Shown here: positions 27,775 through 37,249 of the stretch, piece by piece
Layout: every line of letters starts with the position of its first letter
Position numbering within the stretch: the stretch's first letter is position 1
From: an uncultured Ignavibacteria bacterium
GTDB lineage: Bacteria; Zixibacteria; MSB-5A5; CAIYYT01
Reading direction: 5' to 3'
Assembly (NCBI GenBank): GCA_964537215.1
Contig: CAZIBI010000018.1
Location: forward strand, 16,122 to 80,121
DNA: 64,000 nucleotides
Position numbers and translations under genes: made by a program
The notes under the pieces: generated by a model
Seen by the model: the letters and a program-made list of their open reading frames with translations, nothing else
Databases searched by the model: none
Told to the model about the DNA's origin: nothing

Positions 27775-28164
27775 ATGCAAAAGAAACAAATTCTGACCGC
27801 CATTATCCTGTTGCTTATTACAACCCAAGCAATGGCGTCTGATTGGTGGTACTTTCACCGCGATGGTTCAAGAGAAATCTTGCAGCCCAGCAGCGAAATC
27901 TTGACGATCAAATTCAATTCACCCGATCCGGGGCAACAATTGATTGAGTCGATCCAAGTTGCAACGGCACTTGCCGATGACTACGCGCCCACAAGAGTCG
28001 GTCCCGGATTCTGGCAATTTGGCATTGATCCGAGGACAGATCTCGACGAACTAATTCAAAGTCTGCTGGCAATTCCACAAGTTCTGTTCGTAAATCCAGT
28101 CTTTGAGCCGGTAGCCCACCCGAAGCGGTCTTGCCACTCCACCTGTCTTTGTCTCATCAACTAA
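27775..28164 (+). CDS. Small secreted protein, function unknown
   Basis: SD GGAGG 6 nt upstream. Signal peptide 'ILTAIILLLITTQAMA'. 129 aa; no recognisable domain. Confidence 0.4.
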   Translation: MQKKQILTAIILLLITTQAMASDWWYFHRDGSREILQPSSEILTIKFNSPDPGQQLIESIQVATALADDYAPTRVGPGFWQFGIDPRTDLDELIQSLLAIPQVLFVNPVFEPVAHPKRSCHSTCLCLIN

Positions 28165-28197
28165 ATATCCCAACCACGAATATCAATCAATGAAATC

Positions 28198-28245
28198 GCG
28201 TAGGGTGGGTGTTTGTGGCGTTATCGAGAAAGTCCCACCCTACGC
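28198..28245. repeat. 12 bp perfect inverted repeat GCGTAGGGTGGG-N24-CCCACCCTACGC; member of a CCCACCCTRCGCTYCG / CGGGTGGGCTACCG element family also seen at 28316-28335 and 51176-51208
   Basis: Exact complementarity of the arms. The same core motifs recur about 23 kb away, next to the 28 nt repeat at 51218. Confidence 0.5.
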
Positions 28246-28344
28246 TCCGTCAACGGAATAACTTTGCTCTGCAACAGACGACGATGGTGTCGCGACATTT
28301 TTCGATGTCGGGGTTCGCTTCGGGTGGGCTACCGGGTCGGTCGA

Positions 28345-28377
28345 CGTCAAATGAATAAGGGCGACTGCAAGTCGCCC
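28345..28377 (-). terminator. Rho-independent terminator for the superoxide dismutase gene (minus strand)
   Basis: Hairpin GGGCGACT-tgca-AGTCGCCC, followed on the minus strand by TTATTCATTT. Confidence 0.5.
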
Positions 28378-28417
28378 CTACGAAAGCCCTACGTTGGCTG
28401 TGTCGAATTCGGGATGG

Positions 28418-29020
28418 TTACTTCGCGGCGGCGAAGACCTTGTTGACCTCATCCCAATTGATCACATTGAAGAATGCCGCGATGTACTCGGGGCGGCGAT
28501 TTTGATACTTGAGATAGTAGGCGTGCTCCCAGACATCGAGGCCGATGATCGGTTTCTTGCCGTTGGTCAAGGGCGAGTCCTGATTGGCGGAGCCGACGAT
28601 TTCGAGCTTGCCTCCGGAGGCAACCAGCCAAGCCCAGCCGGAGCCAAAGACGCCCGCTGCGGCTGCCGTGAATTTTTCCTTGAACTGATCCTGCCCGCCG
28701 AACGCGCTGTTAATAGCATCGGCGACCGGTCCGCCGTACTTGGTGTCCTTCTTGAGAATCTTCCAGAAGAACGAGTGGTTGGCGTGCCCGCCGCCATGGT
28801 TGCGAACCGCAGTGCGGATGGCTTCCGGGACATTGTTGAGATCGGCGACCAAGTCTTCGACCGACTTTTTTTGGAGTTCCGGATGCGCGGCGGTAGCTTC
28901 GTTCAATTTGGTCACGTAAGTCTGATGATGCTTGGTGTGGTGAATCGTCATCGTTTCCTTATCGATGAACGGTTCGAGCGCGTCGTACGCGTAGGGTAGA
29001 TTGGGAAGTTCGTATGCCAT
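28418..29020 (-). CDS. sod: Fe/Mn superoxide dismutase
   Basis: 200 aa. SD AAGGAG 6 nt upstream. '[29 protein letters not shown]', '[19 protein letters not shown]'. The four metal-ligand residues are conserved. Confidence 0.95.
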   Translation of the reverse strand: MAYELPNLPYAYDALEPFIDKETMTIHHTKHHQTYVTKLNEATAAHPELQKKSVEDLVADLNNVPEAIRTAVRNHGGGHANHSFFWKILKKDTKYGGPVADAINSAFGGQDQFKEKFTAAAAGVFGSGWAWLVASGGKLEIVGSANQDSPLTNGKKPIIGLDVWEHAYYLKYQNRRPEYIAAFFNVINWDEVNKVFAAAK

Positions 29021-29274
29021 AGTGACTCCTTAGTACAGATTTTACGGTTCCATTCGCGGGTTTCCCAAGCCAAACAAGGGCAACCTGGGTCAATTCTCTC
29101 CCCGCTAAGTTAACTATACGAAGTCAGACTTTGAAATTTTGGAGATATCGGTAGATATCCGGCTTAAATAAATGTTGTCAAATGTCGACCATACCATTAT
29201 CAGCACTATGCAGACCGTTGTGGGAGAGTATCTCGATATAAGAGATAAGTGAATAGGCGATTGCGGGTGAGCCG

Positions 29275-30117
29275 ATGATGAAGCTGATGTTAGCTTTGGA
29301 AAAGCTGCCGCGGGGGGCGAATATCGTACTCGCGACGGTATTTGTAATCGCAATAACCTTGATCTACTTCCTTACTGGCTCACAGATCGCAATCTCAATT
29401 TTCTTTCTCGCACCAATTACAATTGTGACCTGGAGTTCCGGACTACGCACTGGAATAGTCTTTTCAGTCCTCTCCATTGTTGGTTGGGCCGTGGCCGATT
29501 ATTTTAACGGTTTGCATGACGAACGGTTGGCGTGGTTTCTGGTCAATGAAATCCTGCGCCTGCTGCTGTTCGTTGCCGGTGCATCAGTGCTCGCGGCGCT
29601 TAAACGATTAGTCGAGGAGCACAAAATGGCAGCCCGGGTTGATGAACTGACCGGAATTGCGAATCGCCGCGCATTCTATGAAGCCGCACGTTCGGAGATT
29701 GCCCGGGCGAATCGCAACCCCGGACCATTTACGGTCGTATTCACCGACATCGATAATTTCAAGAATGTAAATGACAAGTTCGGACATTCGGTGGGCGATC
29801 GTTTGCTTTCGATGACGGCAAGCATCATGCGTCAGAATGTGCGCGAGATCGATCAGGTTGCGCGTTTGGGCGGCGATGAATTCGTGATCTTGCTGACGGG
29901 AACTGATTCAAACGGCGCCAGTACTGTGATGGAACGCCTACGCAGCGATCTCACCGATATGGCGAAAAAGAACAACTGGCCCATATCGTTCAGCGCCGGC
30001 GCAGTGACATTCACCAGACCGCCGGAGTCAGTGGACGAGATGATAACGAAGGCCGATTCGCTGATGTACGCTGTCAAGCAAAGCGGCAAAGATCACATTC
30101 GCCAGGAGAGCAGTTAG
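29275..30117 (+). CDS. Membrane-anchored diguanylate cyclase (GGDEF domain)
   Basis: N-terminal TM helices. 'LTGIANRRAF...FTVVFTDIDNFKNVNDKFGHSVGD...RLGGDEFVILL' with the intact GGDEF active site and the upstream RxxD I-site context. Confidence 0.85.
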   Translation: MMKLMLALEKLPRGANIVLATVFVIAITLIYFLTGSQIAISIFFLAPITIVTWSSGLRTGIVFSVLSIVGWAVADYFNGLHDERLAWFLVNEILRLLLFVAGASVLAALKRLVEEHKMAARVDELTGIANRRAFYEAARSEIARANRNPGPFTVVFTDIDNFKNVNDKFGHSVGDRLLSMTASIMRQNVREIDQVARLGGDEFVILLTGTDSNGASTVMERLRSDLTDMAKKNNWPISFSAGAVTFTRPPESVDEMITKADSLMYAVKQSGKDHIRQESS

Positions 30118-30158
30118 TCCTGCCTGGAAACTCCCCTTTTTCTCTTCACGAAAGAATC

Positions 30159-30638
30159 TTAGCCGGCAGCCATCATTCCTTCGACATTCTTGATATGTCC
30201 CATTTCGAATTGGCTTAGGTATTCGAAGGTCTTACGAACGTCCTCTTCCTTGGAGACTTTGGCTGCCTTTGAATAGAGCTCATAAGCTTCCTTTTCGAGT
30301 TGCAGGGCGATATCGAGAATTTCGGACTTTGACTTGGCGGCTTTGACCTGCGCAATGCGCTGGACGTGCTTGTCGCCCATCGATTCATCGATAAGCGGCA
30401 GTTCGTCGCGATTCATGATGTCGCGGTAAGTGACCCATTTTTCTGAACGAACGTGCAGATCGTACTGGTGTTCGAGGGTCAGGAAGTGCTTGCGCTCTTC
30501 ACCGGCGAAGTGGAGCATAGTGGTTTTGACGCCTTGGTCGGCTATCTTTTCGGCACCGAGCCGATAGAAGACGTAGGCTGCAATTTCGGCTTGAATTCCT
30601 GCGGTTAGGAACCCAAGGGCTTCGGGGCTAATAGTCAT
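30159..30638 (-). CDS. Ferritin-like / rubrerythrin-like diiron-fold protein
   Basis: 159 aa. SD GAGGT upstream. Paired E..H-type helices ('AGEERKHFLTLEHQY', 'LQLEKEAYELY', 'SQFEMGHIKN') are consistent with a ferritin-like 4-helix bundle. Specific family not resolved. Confidence 0.5.
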   Translation of the reverse strand: MTISPEALGFLTAGIQAEIAAYVFYRLGAEKIADQGVKTTMLHFAGEERKHFLTLEHQYDLHVRSEKWVTYRDIMNRDELPLIDESMGDKHVQRIAQVKAAKSKSEILDIALQLEKEAYELYSKAAKVSKEEDVRKTFEYLSQFEMGHIKNVEGMMAAG

Positions 30639-30735
30639 TTCAATACCTCACTAAAAAGATACCATTTACTCCAAATATAGAAAGGCGGATGGTTAAGTCA
30701 AGGATTTCTGACTTCGAAGAGCACAAATTGAGTAG

Positions 30736-31791
30736 TTACAAGAGGATGCGACTGCCGGTATTGATGTCGAATAGGTGGACATTGTTGGTGTCGTACATGA
30801 GGCGGACACTCTGTCCGACTGCTACCGGGGACTCATAGTTACTAAGCGCAGTCACAGCAGTATTTCCGACATTTCCGATCAAATACGTCGAATTACCGTG
30901 AAATTCGGTGTGCTCGACTACCATCGCGGGACCAGTCGGGTCGGATGTAGCCAGCAACTGGTCAGGTCGGATGCCGAGTCGATACTTGCCATCCGGGGCA
31001 GATGTCGGCAGGAAGGCGACACGCTGGAATGACGTTTGGCACGCACCATCGGAAATCTCGATCTCGATGATGTTCATCGGTGGCGAGCCGATAAAGCGCG
31101 CCACAAAGAGATTGGCGGGTTGATGGAATATCTCTGTCGGCGTGCCGATTTGCATGATCGCACCCTTGTTCAAGACGACGAGGCTGTCGGCCATAGTCAT
31201 GGCTTCGGTCTGGTCGTGGGTGACATAGACAGCGGTCTTGGCCATCTTTTGCTGGAGCGAGCGCAGTTCGCCCCGCATCTGGTTGCGGAGCTGGAAATCA
31301 AGGTTCGAGAGTGGCTCGTCAAAGAGGAAGATCTTCGGATCGCGGATAATTGCCCGGCCGACCGCGGTTCTTTGGCGTTCGCCGCCGGAGAGCGTTTTTG
31401 GATAGCGATCGAGCATGGAAGTCAGTCCGAGCAGCCCAGCGGTCTCGGTGACTTTGACAGCAATTTTGTCTTTGGGTACTTTGGCGACCTTGAGCGGGAA
31501 GGCGAGATTTTCGCGCACCGTCAGATGCGGATAGAGAGCATAGTTTTGAAACACCATCGCGACATTGCGCCGACGGGGTTCCTGTCCGGTGATATCGACG
31601 CCGTCGACCAGGATTGAGCCCTCATCGGGTAGTTCCAGCCCGGCGATCATGCGCAGCAGAGTTGATTTTCCGCAGCCGGAAGGGCCGAGGAAAACGGTCA
31701 AATCACCGCCGGAAATCGACAGATTCAGGCGCGGAATAACTTCATTGGCGCCAAAGCGCTTGACGACGTCGCGAAATTCGATTTTGCTCAC
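30736..31791 (-). CDS. ABC transporter ATP-binding protein, MalK/UgpC/MsiK type with C-terminal TOBE domain; orphan (no adjacent permease or binding protein)
   Basis: GTG start. 'GPSGCGKSTLLRMIAGLE', 'LSGGERQRTAVGRAI', 'LFDEPLSNLD'. C-terminal ~110 aa beta-rich regulatory domain. Confidence 0.85.
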   Translation of the reverse strand: MSKIEFRDVVKRFGANEVIPRLNLSISGGDLTVFLGPSGCGKSTLLRMIAGLELPDEGSILVDGVDITGQEPRRRNVAMVFQNYALYPHLTVRENLAFPLKVAKVPKDKIAVKVTETAGLLGLTSMLDRYPKTLSGGERQRTAVGRAIIRDPKIFLFDEPLSNLDFQLRNQMRGELRSLQQKMAKTAVYVTHDQTEAMTMADSLVVLNKGAIMQIGTPTEIFHQPANLFVARFIGSPPMNIIEIEISDGACQTSFQRVAFLPTSAPDGKYRLGIRPDQLLATSDPTGPAMVVEHTEFHGNSTYLIGNVGNTAVTALSNYESPVAVGQSVRLMYDTNNVHLFDINTGSRILL

Positions 31792-31924
31792 GAAGGGAAT
31801 CTATTTTCCTGGCGCGCCGGCACCAACTAAAATTGAGTAATCGCGAACCAGTGCCGATATAGAAAGTGAGGGATTACACCAAAGCTAACTTGAGCAGTCA
31901 GGCTCCGGCGGAGTGGAAAGCACA

Positions 31925-32665
31925 ATGAGTAGAGAGATGTCGAAAGTATTGGTAGTTGACGACGACCCGAATTTGACGGATTTGCTTGTAGATACGCTTT
32001 CCGCCATTGGCTACGAGCCCTACGAAGCCAGTTCGGCGCATGCTGCGCTGGATGTATTGCGCAAGGTGCGAATTGATTTGGTGATCTCCGATATCAACAT
32101 GCCGGAGATGTCGGGAATCGAACTATTGCAGGAAATCAAGAAGATCAATCGCCGGTTGCCGGTGATGTTGATTACCGGAATCGGCAGCGACGGAATCCGC
32201 GATCAGGCTTACTCAAAGGGCGCCGACGGGTTTTTGGCGAAACCGTTTCGGATTGGAACAATGGAATCGGAGATCGGCAAGATGCTGCAAAGCCTGCGCA
32301 AGCGCCGTATCGTGGTGATTGATGATAACGAAGAATTTCTTAGCAGCCTCTGCCAACGCCTGGCAGAGCAAGACAACGAAGTCAATTCATTTACGACGGT
32401 TAAGAGCGCGTCCGAGTTTCTCGCAAATAATCCAGTGGATCTTATTATTACGGACTTGAAAATGCCGGATGGCGACGGGTTGAGCCTCGTCAACCAATTG
32501 CATACGCGATTCCCCAATTTGCCGGTCGTGATGATTAGCGCTTACGCGACAGACGATTTGCTGGAGAGAATCCGCTTGGCTGGAGTGCAGAAATTCCTGC
32601 CCAAGCCGGTAGACTTCGGCGAACTCGAGACTCTCGTCAAGTCGTGCGCCGTCATCAAAGATTGA
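31925..32665 (+). CDS. Response regulator with two tandem receiver (REC) domains and no output domain
   Basis: REC1 'KVLVVDDDPNL...DLVISDINMPEMSGIELL...GADGFLAKPF'. REC2 'RIVVIDDNEEF...DLIITDLKMPDGDGLSLV...GVQKFLPKPV'. Conserved phospho-acceptor Asp in both (inferred from motif position). Confidence 0.75.
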   Translation: MSREMSKVLVVDDDPNLTDLLVDTLSAIGYEPYEASSAHAALDVLRKVRIDLVISDINMPEMSGIELLQEIKKINRRLPVMLITGIGSDGIRDQAYSKGADGFLAKPFRIGTMESEIGKMLQSLRKRRIVVIDDNEEFLSSLCQRLAEQDNEVNSFTTVKSASEFLANNPVDLIITDLKMPDGDGLSLVNQLHTRFPNLPVVMISAYATDDLLERIRLAGVQKFLPKPVDFGELETLVKSCAVIKD

Positions 32666-32688
32666 GCGTACCCAGCTTTCCCACAAAA

Positions 32689-33480
32689 TCACTTTTTGGA
32701 GCCGTTATTCGCGGCGAGTACGCGGATCATCTCGCTGTGAATGCGCCCGTTGGATCCAAGCAATCGGTCCGAGTAGATTGAAAAGGGATTGCCTTCGAAA
32801 TTGGTGATCTTGCCGCCGGCTTGTCTGACGATCAAGACACCGGCCGCCATGTCCCAAGTGTGCAGTTTCAACTCCCAGTAACCATCGAAGCGACCGCAGG
32901 CGAGATAGCAAAGGTCGAGCGCCGCAGAACCGGCTCGACGAATCGCACGTGCGGTCCGGACGAAATTCGCAAAATTGTCAAGGTTGTTGATACGGCTGGT
33001 GCGGATGTCGTAGGGGAATCCGGTGGCGAGCAGTGATTGTTCGAGACGGCGGCGATCGCTGACCTTGATGGGCTCGCCGTTCAGACGCGACCTGTCGTGC
33101 TTGGTAGCAGTGAAGAGTTCATCGCGGGTCGGATCATACACGCAGCCGACGATGACTTCGCCGCGATATTCCAACGCGATTGACACGCACCAGACCGGGA
33201 AAGTGTGGGCGTAGTTGGTTGTGCCGTCGAGCGGATCGATGATCCATTTGAAATCGGAAGCCAGCTCTTGAACGCTGCCTTCCTCGGTGAGAAAAGACGC
33301 CTCGGGAAGCGCCTTGCGCAGGCGGGCGACGATTAGTTTCTCGGCGGCCAAATCCATTTCGGTGACGAGATCGATGCGCCCCTTGAACTGCACCTTGCGA
33401 TTTTTCTGCACGTTGTCGAGGAGCAACCTGCCGGCAGCCTTTGCGGCGTTCGACGCAGCAGCGAGGTACTTTGTGGTCAT
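32689..33480 (-). CDS. suhB: Inositol monophosphatase family protein (SuhB-like)
   Basis: 'WIIDPLDGTTNYAHTFPVWCVSIAL', 'WDMAAGVLIVRQAGG'. Start taken at the Met at 33480, which avoids a 55 nt overlap with the upstream ABC gene that the longer ORF (33549) would create. Confidence 0.8.
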   Translation of the reverse strand: MTTKYLAAASNAAKAAGRLLLDNVQKNRKVQFKGRIDLVTEMDLAAEKLIVARLRKALPEASFLTEEGSVQELASDFKWIIDPLDGTTNYAHTFPVWCVSIALEYRGEVIVGCVYDPTRDELFTATKHDRSRLNGEPIKVSDRRRLEQSLLATGFPYDIRTSRINNLDNFANFVRTARAIRRAGSAALDLCYLACGRFDGYWELKLHTWDMAAGVLIVRQAGGKITNFEGNPFSIYSDRLLGSNGRIHSEMIRVLAANNGSKK

Positions 33481-33494
33481 TGCAGCGGTAATTC

Positions 33495-35282
33495 TCATGC
33501 GCCGCGCGTCACTTCCTGATCTTGATACTGAAGTTGATAGAGTCGCCAATATATTCCCCGCAGTTTCAGTAGTTCTTCGTGCTTGCCTTGTTCGACAATG
33601 CGGCCTTTGTGATATACCAAAATTTTGTCTGCCTCTTTGATTGTAGAGAGGCGGTGCGCAACGATCAGCGAAGTGCGGCCCTCAAAGAGTTTCTGGATTG
33701 CTTTCTGGATGATCGTCTCGGTTTCGTTGTCGACAGATGACGTCGCCTCATCGAGAATCAACACGCGCGGATTGTAGGCCAGGGCTCGCGCAAAACTGAC
33801 TAGCTGGCGTTGGCCAACCGAAAGCGATCCGCCGCGTTCGCCGACTTTGTGATCGAATCCATTTTCGAGGCGGTTGACAAACGGCAACAGCCCGACACGT
33901 TCGGCAGCCGCGACCAATTGTTCTTCCGTGATATCCTCGTTGCCCAATGTGATGTTCTCGCGAATGGAGCCGGAGAAGAGGAATACATCCTGCAGAACCA
34001 AACCGATTTGTTCGCGGACAAATTGCGGATGCAATTCGCGGATATCGATGTTATCGAATTTGATGGCGCCGCTGTTGATATCGTAGAAGCGGCATATCAA
34101 AGAGACGGATGTCGTTTTGCCGGAACCGGTCGCGCCCACGAGGGCGACCTTTTCGCCGGGACGAATTTGCAGATTTATGTCGTGCAGGACCTGGTGGTCT
34201 TTGTTATAGGCGAAATTGACGTTCTCGTAAGAAATCGCGCCGGAGAAATTCGGAATCGTCTTGGGATCTGCCGGCACAGTAATATCCGACTTGGTATCGA
34301 GAATATTGAATACGCGCTCGGCGGCCGCCATGGCCGACTGGAGAATATTGTATTTTTCCGCAAGGTCACGAATCGGGCGGTAGAACATTTCGACATATTG
34401 AATAAATGCGACTAAAGTTCCGAAACTGATAGCCTCCTGCACAACCTGGCCGCCGCCATACCAGACGATTAGGGCAAGACTTATGGCGCCGATCAGTTCG
34501 ACGATCGGGAAGAAAACGGCATAATACAAAATCGAGCGTTTGTGCTGATCCATCAATTCAGTATTAACCTTCTCAAACCGCGCCATCGTCTTGCGCTCCT
34601 GCACAAAGTTTTGGACTTCGTTGATGCCGGCGAGGTGCTCCTGCGTGAAGGCATTGAGTTTGGCGATCATGATGCGGATTTCGCGATACGAATCGCGCAC
34701 GCGCTTGCGGAACACAAAGGTCGCGCCAATAATTAGCGGCAGGATGATAAACGTGACCAACGATAGCTTGGGCGAGAGAATCATCATCACGACGACGATG
34801 CCGGCCAGTGTGACGATGTTGCCGAGAATGTCGACCACACCGGAGGCGAACATTTCGTTGAGTGCGTTGACATCCGAAGTGACGCGGGTTAGAAGACGGC
34901 CGGAAGGATTCTTGTCGTAAAATCCAAGATGCATCGATTGGATATGCGCGAATAGCTTTTGCCGCAAGTCGTACATCGCGCTTTGGCCGATCCACTCCAT
35001 GATGCGGATTTGACCATAGCCGGTGAGAAATTCGACAAACATGATGACGAGCAATTGAATTGCTATGATGATGAGCCCGTCGGCGTCGCCGATGGCGATG
35101 TGCTCGTCGAATGCGACCTTGATCAGATACGGGGTGGCCAACTGTGCGACCATGGCGACCAAAAGAAGCAACAATGCGAGACCGACGTAAATGCGATACG
35201 GGCGCAAGTACACAAGCAGGCGCCGCATTAGTTGGGCGTCGTAGCCTTTGCCGAGTTTGTCTTCGTCGCGATAGTCTTGCAT
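33495..35282 (-). CDS. ABC exporter, fused permease-ATPase (type I, MsbA-like); half of a heterodimeric pair
   Basis: 595 aa. 6-TM domain plus NBD with 'GATGSGKTT', 'LSVGQRQLVSFARAL', 'LILDEATSSVD'. Its start lies 2 nt after the stop of the upstream paralog. Confidence 0.9.
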   Translation of the reverse strand: MQDYRDEDKLGKGYDAQLMRRLLVYLRPYRIYVGLALLLLLVAMVAQLATPYLIKVAFDEHIAIGDADGLIIIAIQLLVIMFVEFLTGYGQIRIMEWIGQSAMYDLRQKLFAHIQSMHLGFYDKNPSGRLLTRVTSDVNALNEMFASGVVDILGNIVTLAGIVVVMMILSPKLSLVTFIILPLIIGATFVFRKRVRDSYREIRIMIAKLNAFTQEHLAGINEVQNFVQERKTMARFEKVNTELMDQHKRSILYYAVFFPIVELIGAISLALIVWYGGGQVVQEAISFGTLVAFIQYVEMFYRPIRDLAEKYNILQSAMAAAERVFNILDTKSDITVPADPKTIPNFSGAISYENVNFAYNKDHQVLHDINLQIRPGEKVALVGATGSGKTTSVSLICRFYDINSGAIKFDNIDIRELHPQFVREQIGLVLQDVFLFSGSIRENITLGNEDITEEQLVAAAERVGLLPFVNRLENGFDHKVGERGGSLSVGQRQLVSFARALAYNPRVLILDEATSSVDNETETIIQKAIQKLFEGRTSLIVAHRLSTIKEADKILVYHKGRIVEQGKHEELLKLRGIYWRLYQLQYQDQEVTRGA

Positions 35283-35284
35283 GA

Positions 35285-37108
35285 TTAGTCGAGCAGCTCC
35301 AGTTCGCTGGAAAGCAATTCACGGCGGATGATTTCGTAGTAGCGGCCCTGTTTAGCGATTAACTCGTCGTGGGTGCCACGTTCGACAATAGTTCCTTGAT
35401 CGAGAACGATGATGCGATCGGCGCGGCGAATTGTCGATGGGCGATGGCTGATTAACAAAGTGGTGATCTGGCCGCGCGCGGCTTTGAGACGTTCGAGGAT
35501 CAGCTCTTCGGTCTGCGTATCAACGGACGAGAAAGCGTCATCGAGAATGAGAAGACCCGGTTGTTTGAGCAAGGCGCGAGCAATCGCAGCGCGTTGTTTT
35601 TGGCCGCCGGACAATGTGATGCCGCGCTCGCCGAGAATTGTGTCATATTTGTACGGGAACGATTCGATTTCATTTTCGAATGCAGCAACCTCGGCAGCCT
35701 CGCGGACTTTGTCCATGTCGAGAGACGGCTGCGAGAGTGCGATGTTGGCGGCGATGGTATCGGAGAACAAGTACGAATCCTGGCGGACATAACCGATCAT
35801 GCCGCGCAAATCGTCGACGGCCATGCGGTTGATGTCAACATTGTCGATGAAGATCGTACCGTCGGGAATTTGATAGCCGCGCAACAGCAGTGAAATCAGC
35901 GTGGATTTGCCCGAACCGGTTGAGCCGACAATCGCGAGGATCTCGCCGGGTTTGACCTCGAAGTCAATATGATGCAGAACCTGTGTCTTGCTGCCCGGGT
36001 AGGTGAATGACAAATTGTTGATGCGCAATGCGCCAGCCGGATGCGAGATGTGCTCGGGATTCTCCGGTGAGACAATTTCAGGGATTTCGCGCAGAAGATT
36101 CTCGATCCGTTCCAGCGAAGCCGTGCCGCGCTGATAGAGAGAAATTACCCAACCGACAGCAAGCATCGGCCAGACCAGCATGAGCAAGTAAGTCATGAAA
36201 GCGACATACTCGCCTTTGGTGATGGTGCCTTTGATGACATCGGAGCCGCCGATGAGAATGACGATTAATACGACGGCACGGACCAAGAAGATGATAGTCG
36301 GCATCAGGAGCGCGCGGACCTTAACGAGATCGAGATTTAGGCGAACGTACTTGCGATTGACTTCCTCGAAACGCTTCTCCTTATTTTTCTCGCGGCGATA
36401 TGCTTTGATGACGCGAATTCCAGACATCGATTCCTGGACAAATGACGAGAGCGCGGAAAAGTGATCCTGAATGCGCATGAAACGGCGATGTGTTTGTTGC
36501 CCAATCTGCCACATGGCGATAGTCAGAAGCGGCAACGGAATCAGCGAGTAGAGCGTCAGGGTCGGCGAAATCTTGATCATGTAGTAGAAGGCGACGATGC
36601 TGACCATCAAAGTGTTGATGATCTGCATCACGGCGGGGCCAATCATCATGCGCACCGATTCGATGTCATTCGACATGCGCGCAATAATATCCCCGGTCGG
36701 CGTGCGCTGGTAGAAAGATGATGACAATTTCAGAAGATGGTCGAAGATTTCGTTGCGCAACTCGAATTCGATATCGCGCGACGCCCAGATGATGGTGCGG
36801 CGGGCGAAGAAACGAAAGATCCCGGCGATCAACGTTACGCCGACAATAGCGAGTGCAAACCAGGGGAGCACGCCGGTAGCGACCATCGACATGGCATGCT
36901 GAAGGCCGAAGTAGGCGTCGGAAGGCGCCCACGATGTAAGGCTGGGGTTTTCCAGCGAGTCGATAGCTTCGCGTAGCAGCCAGGGCGACATGCCGAGGAA
37001 GATATTCGAGCCAGCAAGAACTACGATTCCGCCCAGGAAATACCACATGTATTTCCGGTAGTACTTTCGGAGTGTGTTTTTGCCGCTTTGCGCCGGGGTA
37101 TGAGTCAA
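35285..37108 (-). CDS. ABC exporter, fused permease-ATPase; second half of heterodimeric pair
   Basis: 607 aa. TTG start as listed in the track. 'GSTGSGKSTL', 'LSGGQKQRAAIARAL', 'LILDDAFSSVD'. Confidence 0.9.
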   Translation of the reverse strand: MTHTPAQSGKNTLRKYYRKYMWYFLGGIVVLAGSNIFLGMSPWLLREAIDSLENPSLTSWAPSDAYFGLQHAMSMVATGVLPWFALAIVGVTLIAGIFRFFARRTIIWASRDIEFELRNEIFDHLLKLSSSFYQRTPTGDIIARMSNDIESVRMMIGPAVMQIINTLMVSIVAFYYMIKISPTLTLYSLIPLPLLTIAMWQIGQQTHRRFMRIQDHFSALSSFVQESMSGIRVIKAYRREKNKEKRFEEVNRKYVRLNLDLVKVRALLMPTIIFLVRAVVLIVILIGGSDVIKGTITKGEYVAFMTYLLMLVWPMLAVGWVISLYQRGTASLERIENLLREIPEIVSPENPEHISHPAGALRINNLSFTYPGSKTQVLHHIDFEVKPGEILAIVGSTGSGKSTLISLLLRGYQIPDGTIFIDNVDINRMAVDDLRGMIGYVRQDSYLFSDTIAANIALSQPSLDMDKVREAAEVAAFENEIESFPYKYDTILGERGITLSGGQKQRAAIARALLKQPGLLILDDAFSSVDTQTEELILERLKAARGQITTLLISHRPSTIRRADRIIVLDQGTIVERGTHDELIAKQGRYYEIIRRELLSSELELLD

Positions 37109-37249
37109 CTATCCAAACCTATAGAATTCTGCTTATAGCCAAGAAACGACGTGTCATCTTATAACGCCAAAAACTGCGATTTGGCACAATGATTTTTTTG
37201 GCAGGTTGAGGCAATCGCTAAATGCAAAACTGGCCGGAGCAACGGCGAA

